From NCBI GenBank assembly GCA_040954595.2, contig CM082579.2, positions 11,583,625 through 11,647,624 of the forward strand: a stretch of 64,000 nt of DNA, written 5' to 3'. This document shows, piece by piece, positions 15,601 to 24,600 of the stretch (position 1 is its first letter; every line of letters starts with the position of its first letter). The stretch comes from Balanoglossus misakiensis (Eukaryota; Animalia; Hemichordata). A program made the position numbers and the translations under genes. The notes beneath the pieces were generated by a model. That model did not search any database. It worked only from the letters and a program-made list of their open reading frames with translations, and was not told the DNA's origin.

Positions 15601-18600
15601 GAACTTGGAGTGAAAACCCACGAAGAGTTTGAATTGATTTATTAGTCCCAGTCAAGATCCCCGAGAAACCCTAGATCTCTGACTATTTTTAAAGGGCGGA
15701 GTCGTCCCGTGTGCGGGTATGGGTCCCATAGGACGAAGTTGCTAGCAAGGCAAAGTAAACACAATTGTAAGTACTAAAATGCCCACCATTGCAAACAATT
15801 TGGTTGTTACTTTGTATTACACTGCATCATTGCAAACAATGTGTCCTTACTTTTTATCACATTTCCAAATTTCTTTACATTGATACAACGTGTATTGCTT
15901 GGGAGGGTCTCCCTGAACAGGTGGAACAATGCTAATTATGTGTTCATAAACAAAACGCCGCACATACGCACTACACACTACCCTCCCCTTTGAACAGTAT
16001 GATGAGACTGTGCTTACCTTTATCAAGGATGTTATGTGTTCGTTTACAATACTCCTGGACTATGTTCCATTCTTTTCGCCATTCTTCAACTTCTTTCTGT
16101 CTACAACCGAGGGCCAATCCGATCTCTTGACTGGTACCTTCAATTTTGGCAGCTCTGCATAAGCTGATAAAATGGTCTGCATACTTCATCACCTCTAATG
16201 CATCACTTAACAAAATCGTGCCATCCAAAATCTGGCCATGTATTTCTTTTAAAAGCGCTGTTGCGTCTTTGAGGTGGTCTCTGGTTTTCTGTGAGAGATA
16301 TTCGTTTTTCCACTCCTTCCGTCCTGTAAATTCAACCCAAAATTGGTTTATTTTGTGTACAATATGTTCCAACAGTTAAAGGGACAAAGTCTCTCTCGCT
16401 GCCCCTTTTCCATTAATTATGTTTGATACAAGACACCGTTTATATTAATGTACATGTGGATATCTAGTGAATCAATGTTCAACCACACACACCGTCCATC
16501 CCTCTTGTATACACAAGATTGAAAAAAACTCGCTAAAATGAATAATTGGTCTTTACCATTTATTCTTTTTTGTGTGAGTTTTACTCTCATATCATACAAG
16601 TGGGATGGAAGTTGTGTGTGGTTGAAAGTTCATTCACTACATATACACATGTACATTAACATAAACGGTGTATTGTATCAAGCATAATTAATGGAAAAGG
16701 GGCAGCGAGAGAGAGTTTGTCCCTTAAAACTGATAGTTGCTGATAAGAGAGTTCAGTAGACACATCGTGCTATTTGGTTTGTTGTTTTTGCCTGTAGATT
16801 TTGCCGCCCAGTCAATTGTTTACATGTAACGGGTAACTTTAGGGACAAATTTACAAACTTATTCTAGTGACTGCAAGCGATGTATTACTGGGCGCTGTCG
16901 TGAAATTGCACACTAACTCCTTTGTTAGTTGAACTCAAGCCTATTCAATGTATAAATTCTCACTAACCTGTAAATTTTAAAATTTGCAGCAAGGACTCCC
17001 AGGACAAAACATTGCTCAGTAACTTCGTTCGTCTTGTAACTGTGCTCGCTGGTATTCTGGGACATGCCATTTCAATGATGCGAGACACTAGCTCACCATA
17101 TCTTCGTGGATCCCCCTGACCTTTCGTGACAAATGCCGTGCAGACTACCTCTAGTATGTCGCCAACCTTCCTGTCCTGTGTATTTAAAGAAAGACATATA
17201 GATGACACATAACATGTCTGTTTGCACTTTTCAAGAAAGCACCCTGTGTATATAATATATACACTGAATTTTGATGTCCACAAAAATAATTCGATCAGCT
17301 AAGTGCGCGACATACAGTACAGACTACTTTACTTGATAGCGGTGCTGCACTTCGCAATGACCCAAGCAATTGTTTTTGTTTTACCCGTGCTTCTACCCTA
17401 GAAGACATTACAGGGAGCGCCAATCACAGAGCGACGCAACCTCACGGCTTATGGGTTGCGCCTGCAACCAATACACGCCTGCTGTATGTTCAATCTTGTG
17501 CGTTCATGAACACAGACTTCCAAATGAATGATCATATTAATGACTTTTTTTTTCTAAATAGTCAAACTCAGTTCTTACTGTGTAATTTCATATATTTCAC
17601 ATTGATTGCATAAATGGCCACTATCTGCAACGCTTCGGTATTTTTTTAGCAATTTGGTGTTAGGGTTGACATTGTGTGACTTTCAAAAACAGTAATTACA
17701 TTAGGTTTTGTACAGAGCAATTATGATAGAAACAATGTGACATTATGGAAACTACACATGTACGTACCGTACAGCCTTTATCAACAACATCAATTGCTTG
17801 TCGGAGCAAGATTTCTTTAAGGTGGTCGTGCAATGATTGTGTGTTTAAGTAGCAGAACAGATCGATTTTTTGTCCTTTGCTGAGCTATTAAAGTAAAAAT
17901 AAAAACAATCAAGAGAATATGATGTTATGTCCTTCAATCATACAAAGTCATTTCATCAATAAGGGTAGTAGAAATAATAGAAGTTTGTAGCAGTAATAAT
18001 AATAATAATACAATTCAATAATCATAATCGCTTTGATTACAATGAAAACTGTATTCTAGTAGCATTTTGGTTGCGAAGAACAGTATTGACGTTTGCTTTC
18101 CGATTACACATGTAAAATGTGCTTAAAATGACATTTTTCTCAAGCGGATTAAACTGCGCACGCGCAATCTCGAGACACGCGATCGTTTTCGCAGGACCAT
18201 GGAATAAAAAAATCTAAAATGGCATTACACATACCCCCTCGCCATCAACTAGTCTTCAAACATGATCGAACAGGCTAGGTTCACCGTGTTTACTGCACGA
18301 TATGGTTTATCGAAGGTTTAAAATGTTGGACAGGACACACGAAACATTGTCACCCTATACATGTACCTACCATTTGCAATCTGTCACTCAAAATTGACCT
18401 GACATTGACTCTCCATGCTGCGTTATCTTCCTCGCTACCCAACTCTGCTGTGTATAATCTGTTTGTCAGCTGCAAATGAAGGCATGAGAAATGATGTTTA
18501 AAGTGCAGTTTCAAGACACAGCTGACTATAAAACACTTGTCGGCCACGACCACGAAAATCTATAAAGAGTTCTAACCATTCAGTGACAATATCAGCCGAT

Positions 18601-21600
18601 CTTGATATATCTTTGGCACATACATTTGTACGCAGAGCCAAACAGGCACTCAAATAGCATCTTCGCCTGCCAATTAAGAAGCTCTGGGCTGCTCTGTGTG
18701 GCAAGGCTGTGTGTCCTTTACGGATATTCCTTCACACAATGTGGTGTGGAGGCATCCGTTAGACACTCAGCCCTGCCACGCAAAGCTGATTCTTGCCCTG
18801 CCACGCAAAGCTAAGAGGATCCCTGAATTCGGACTGTAGTCGGACGGTGTTCGCAGAGGAACATCCGTACAACATAGGTCGAAGTGTATGCAGGCCACGA
18901 GGATTGCAAATTATACCATCAGCGCATGTTAACACTATAGACAGTAGACTATATCTAACAATCCTGTTGCATGCAAATAAACCAACTGCTCTGATGTGAA
19001 TTCTGTACCAAAGGTTCAAAATCATTATCGTATCAGTAAAGTTGTGAGGTCAAAACGTTTTGACACATAGGAGTATCACTCATGTCATTGGTCCTGTACA
19101 TGATATATGTATTTTTTGTTACCCGTGATAACTACGCCGTGTGAACTAAACTGTTGATATAATTCTATTACAGGGACTGTGGTCCATAGAGCATACCTGA
19201 AATTCTTCCGTGAACTTTTCACATGTGGCTTCCCGTGTGTCCGTGTCTTTTACAGCCACTTTCATCAAAACCAGGCGAAGCCATTTACACATGGTGCCAG
19301 TGATGGCAACCGAAAGATCGTGAAATTTGTCGGGCCTTTGCGCTTGCGTCGTCTCACCGATCACTCTTGCGCGACAGGACGTCAAAAAAGTGAACGACAA
19401 CTCGACAGGATTGCTGTCTCTTGTAGAATGAAGTACTTCCACCAAACGTTTGAGGACATTTCGGCCAAATTCCATTGTTGTTATCGCGTCTTGACAGGAA
19501 CCGACACCTCTGGAGTCAATCAGACATTATCGATCAAAATCAACACTAAAAAGTACATGTAACTTATGCTGTCACATCAGCACTTTAATCGCATGTGGTA
19601 TACATATCCCCATGCAGCAAACTAAAAACAACGCGAAATTTTCCCAATATACTAAACCCAGTTACTTGGGAATAGGCACCATCTTTTGCAGGTAACTGCA
19701 AGGCAATATCATTAGTACGTCTGCGCAATTCCGGCATTCGTTTTCTGTCACAGACTGTGAATTCGAGCCGGGTGAAATTTGTCAAATCATGTTCATTTAC
19801 ATATTGTCAAAGCTATCTTTATATCAGTATTTAGAAAATAGTATATGTTAGTAAAAATACGTCCGATAAATTTATTGCATAAGTAACAATGTATTCTCAA
19901 ACGATGTGGTTTTTTCTAGGCTCAGCATCCATTAATATTATTACAGAACAAAACTACACCTTTTCGTAAAGAGGGCGTCCTTCCAAGACGACGCGATAAC
20001 GAGGCCAGTAGGTCAAAGTATCGTCTTGTATATATCGCCACTATAATTGGGACCGACGTTCGACAACCACATTTATTGTAAGGTAAGATTTAAACGCAAC
20101 TTGCATCATATATACGTCAACATACCAGGCGAGCTCAAACATGCAGTACTCTGTGAGCTACTGGCCTCGTTTTCATGCCGACGCCATGTTTTGGAAGTGT
20201 GCCCTCTTTATGAAAAGGCGTATTAATATGGGCTTTATTAAAAATGTAAACTGTATATCACTTACACATGAGGTGTACTTCTTTCGTGTTTTATTGCCTG
20301 GTCTAGCACCTTTTCGATGTTCTGAAAAGATAAAGGTTAACCATTAGGATTTTCCATTCATTGTGAGATCTCGGGTTGCTGGATATGAAATAAAAGTCAA
20401 ACTTTGGATGAAATCAGAAGAGGAGCAGAGTTTATCACAAAAATGTCACTTTTGTTCCAATAAACACGATGGGCCATGTGTTGTTTGTCCTGCGTCCCAT
20501 GAGAATGTTCTCCAATACAAACTAACTAGCCAGGTGAGATTTCGCGGGGTCTCATGGTGTTCGGAAAATGGTCTGTGTTAGGCACAAAATCTTATCAAAT
20601 GAACAATGTTGTTCCATGCACGGTCGGCTGGCAAACTGTGGTGGTTCCTGCCGGGCATTGGATTTGAATGCACAGTGCCGCCAGTGTCAGAAATGGGAAC
20701 AAGAACATTCATCATCTGTCAGTCTAGCGCAAAAGTTCTGCCACTGGCGGCGCCACATTCACACCTCAGTACGCCAGCCGACGGGCCGTGGTTCTATGCA
20801 TCACGAGTACGCATGTGCCTTCACCTTCATGTTCTTTTTAATCGATGCGGCTTGAGATTTTGATAGAAGGCGATCAAGTGTGATAATGAGAACGTCGTTT
20901 GGTAAACTGTCAGACACTTGGGTCAATTGGTCGACATCTGTGAGGAACAGCGACACTGTCCTTGGGAGTAAGTAGTCCAGGCAGAAGAGCGGTTCCAGTT
21001 TTTCTGTTATTTCGAACTTTTGTCTGAAAAGGCAGAAAGATGGGGTCTATTGATTGGTATTCTGACGTTTAATAAAAGGGGCTTATCATAAAACCACGAA
21101 CACAGTGGTCTGATAAAATATAGTTCATTTGTTAATTCTAGTTACCTTAAATAATTTTTGACTGCATGCTAGGGGTCAAATCACAATATAATTGCATTGT
21201 GCGTAAGAAAGTCGACAACTCACTGTAGCAAGAGTTTGATATCTTTGCGTCTAAAATTTCTTTCTTTGTAGTTATCAAATACATGTAATACGTAACCAGC
21301 CTTTTCCGGATTTTGTTTATCCTATGATACAAATGGTACTACATGTACTATGTTGCATGTCGCAGAAATCCGCCATCTTGAAATTCTGTTGACCACATGA
21401 TATTTTCATCGCTCACCCAGATTGCAAAGGGTTGCGGGCACAGCAACGAAACACAAATCCGAATCATATGGAAATGTTTGTGCACCACACGAAGATAAGG
21501 TAACATTACAAGCAGCAAAAATTCAAACATCACCTCACAGAAGCACGTTCGGAAACGCTGTCCATCTCTATGCCGGCTACACCCGCCCAGAGCGCTGGTT

Positions 21601-24600
21601 GGAGAGTTGCGTGGTTGGTATAAAGTGGTTTCTTGAATGGTTGGCAGTCATTTCTCAAGAAATGTAGAAGAGGCATTCCATGCAGCCAGTCCATATTAGC
21701 CTTGCCAAGTTTGGACTTTGCAGCATTCCCATTGTATAGTGCGATCAAAGCATCGGCAAGCCGTCTATGGCAAGATATCCACAAAAGAAAGAAAAATGAC
21801 TCAACGGCGACAGGCAAACGCAAAAAGGCAGAGTCACTGGGAGATAGATTTAGTGGTAAACATACAGGCACATACATACATACATGCAAACATACGTACG
21901 TACTTGTACATACATACATACATACATACATACATACATACATACATACATACATACATACATACATACATACATACATACATGCATACATGCATACATG
22001 CATACATACATACGTGGTTAAAGAAAGTTATATGCATGTAGAATTTCATAAACGTTTTATACTTAAGACATTTCATATTTAAGACTTACTGTTGACTTTC
22101 CTTCGTTTTGAAGTGCTGGCCTACCAAGTAATCAAAGTTCGATGACTGCTGACCTTTGTTGGGGTTGATTCGCAAAGATGCAAACAAACAGTCATATGTT
22201 TCGGTGTCGACTTCAATGTGATATTGGTGGATGATATAGAGCATCGTTGCAGCAGAAACAAGACGTTTTTCCCCTTCCTCCGGCGGCGTTTCTTCTGTGG
22301 TTCTGTTAAGCTTGCCGCGCAAACGTCTCAGCTTAGGCGTCCAGAATTGTAGTAGTACCTATAATAGCGCAGCATTGTCCTTGACTGGGGCGGTGAGTCT
22401 CGGACAAACTCATCCGAATGATGTATACTCATACATAGTACATTATTCGAATAACATTGTCAAACGCATATAGAATTGATCAAACAGGGTTCAACTGCAA
22501 AGCACACAGGCAGAAAACATCACTTTACCCCTTTCTCTGGGCGTGCGCATGCACAAATCATTATCAGTCCGGCTCATTGTTTGATGTTATACCGTTGTAT
22601 TTTCCAGTAAGAAAAGACTGAACGATTGACTTTCTTTTCCCAACAGTTGTTTCTCGTTCGTACAATATTCCTTGTTTGCCTTTACTAGTTGATACCAGCA
22701 GTGTAACACAGCAAATTTCTACTTTTGTTCGGATCTTTCGTCATCGCCGCAGTCATGATGTTAGACTTACCTGATCGAACTCGAAGCCTTCTGGGACCGA
22801 GTTGATGGATACATTGTGGCGGAGCTGGTAGATCTTCTCAATCACCGAAGTTGCCGCGAATGGTTGACCTTGTTCGCAGAGGAATCCTTCCCACTTTGGA
22901 ATCATTGCGGTCGTGGCAATTTCCTTGTCTCGGATAACTTTAGAGGAACCCAAAACGCCAAAGATTTTCTTGATAGTTGAGGGTTCTTCTATATACACGA
23001 TGTCATCGTATTGGTGCCAGACAGCTGGAAATTAAATAAAAAAAAAAAAAACAGCAACCGCGATATCATCCAGTTTATTCATCACCCACTATACAGTGAT
23101 CCTTATCGGAAACAGTAATCACGGACCATCTAGGTAATTTGAGATTTTAATGGAAGGCCAGAAATAGAAATGCTTCTAGAAGTACTTACCATTCGGTCGG
23201 CAGCTTTCCGAAGGAAGCTTCAGTTTCCGGGCACCTTTTCTTGATGAAGGAATATATTCCGTGGTCAGAGATGTCTTACCTTTGAACTCCTTTTGCAAAA
23301 AGTACTTATACTCGAAGTTCCACCTCTCAATGTAACGCGGTTCAACATTGAGAACTCCCTCGAAACGCATGTATTTGCCATGAACTCTGCAAATAAATTT
23401 ACGACACACGTTTAGAATGAAAATCACGATATGTCTCTTCCGGTGCACTTCAAAACCCGCATCTTTCTTGCAATATCGCTCTTATTAGCGGCTCCAGATT
23501 CTTACCTTTGCGTTCGCATTTTCATCTCAACGCAGGGCCGAGCCCATCCACCCAACTGACTAACATTGCAGCATACAACCAGATCAGCCAGCTCCTTCTT
23601 GAACTTGGAGTCTTCGGGCAACAGAACATGGAAATGTATTTTCAATGTCCTCAGCGAGCTTGGGCCTGATCCAAGCGCTAGAGTGCCGCCTACTTCGAAT
23701 TCTGACGCTGCTGTGGTTGGTCGCGATGGCGTACTTGACCTATCAGGTATTGCCAATAACACACAAAACAACGCTTAAAAGCCGATAATCGTATTATGCG
23801 CATGTGCGTTTTTTCTTGTGTACAAACATTAAGTCCAATCCAACTATTCTACGAATATTGCGTTCGATGCATTCAAATTAACTTCATTCCATATTGCATG
23901 CGTACTGTATTAGTAGACTTTAGTTTTGGCCCTTCTTTTCACCAAATTTGCTGTCTTTCCCGATCTCCGGCACAGATTGTTAGCTACACAACACCAACAC
24001 CGCGTCAGTGAAGAGCCTTGCAGCGAACCTTGGGCTGTGAGAGAGTCTAAGACTATGGTCACCGCCATCTTGTCTTTTGTTAGGATAGCACGCTGTGTTA
24101 TGGCATTGACTGCATTACATTTTTTTGTAACCAGAGTAGTCACTGGTTTGGCATATGCGCATAAGAGGATCGTCGCCCATTAAAGAACCACTGTATTTAT
24201 TTCATTGTGTGCATATCTGCTCCATGCCAGCACGTTACCCTGTTATTGCAGTTAAAATCTTTCCAAACGTCTTCAGACTCAATGTTCAATTTGAACTTGA
24301 TATTAACAATCACGGGTGCAAGACGAGTTGTGGTATGTGTAGAAAAGTGGTTTTCTAAGCCATTCGCCTATAACATTGTTAATTAAAGTCTAACTGAAGC
24401 GAAGAATGCATAATATTGTTGGAGGATGCGATGACATTTGGGACAAGTGATCAGTTTCTTCTTGGCGTTCAAATTTGCAAGTGAAAACGTTGCTGCCTCC
24501 ATCATTAAATGTTCTGAAACATCGTGACATAAAGAAAATGATTGGACACAATTTTGTATTTAAGTAGCTCTACTTCTATCTTTTCCCGCCTAAAATATTG

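Noticed and set aside
18498-18704. 68-aa minus-strand ORF inside an RNF213 intron
   Set aside because: No convincing splice pair, and exons 19197-19509 and 18371-18469 join cleanly without it.
19666-19745. Possible extra RNF213 exon (KRMPELRRRTNDIALQLPAKDGAYSQ)
   Set aside because: Its phase-0 donor is incompatible with the phase-2 acceptor at 19509, and the flanking exons already join in frame.
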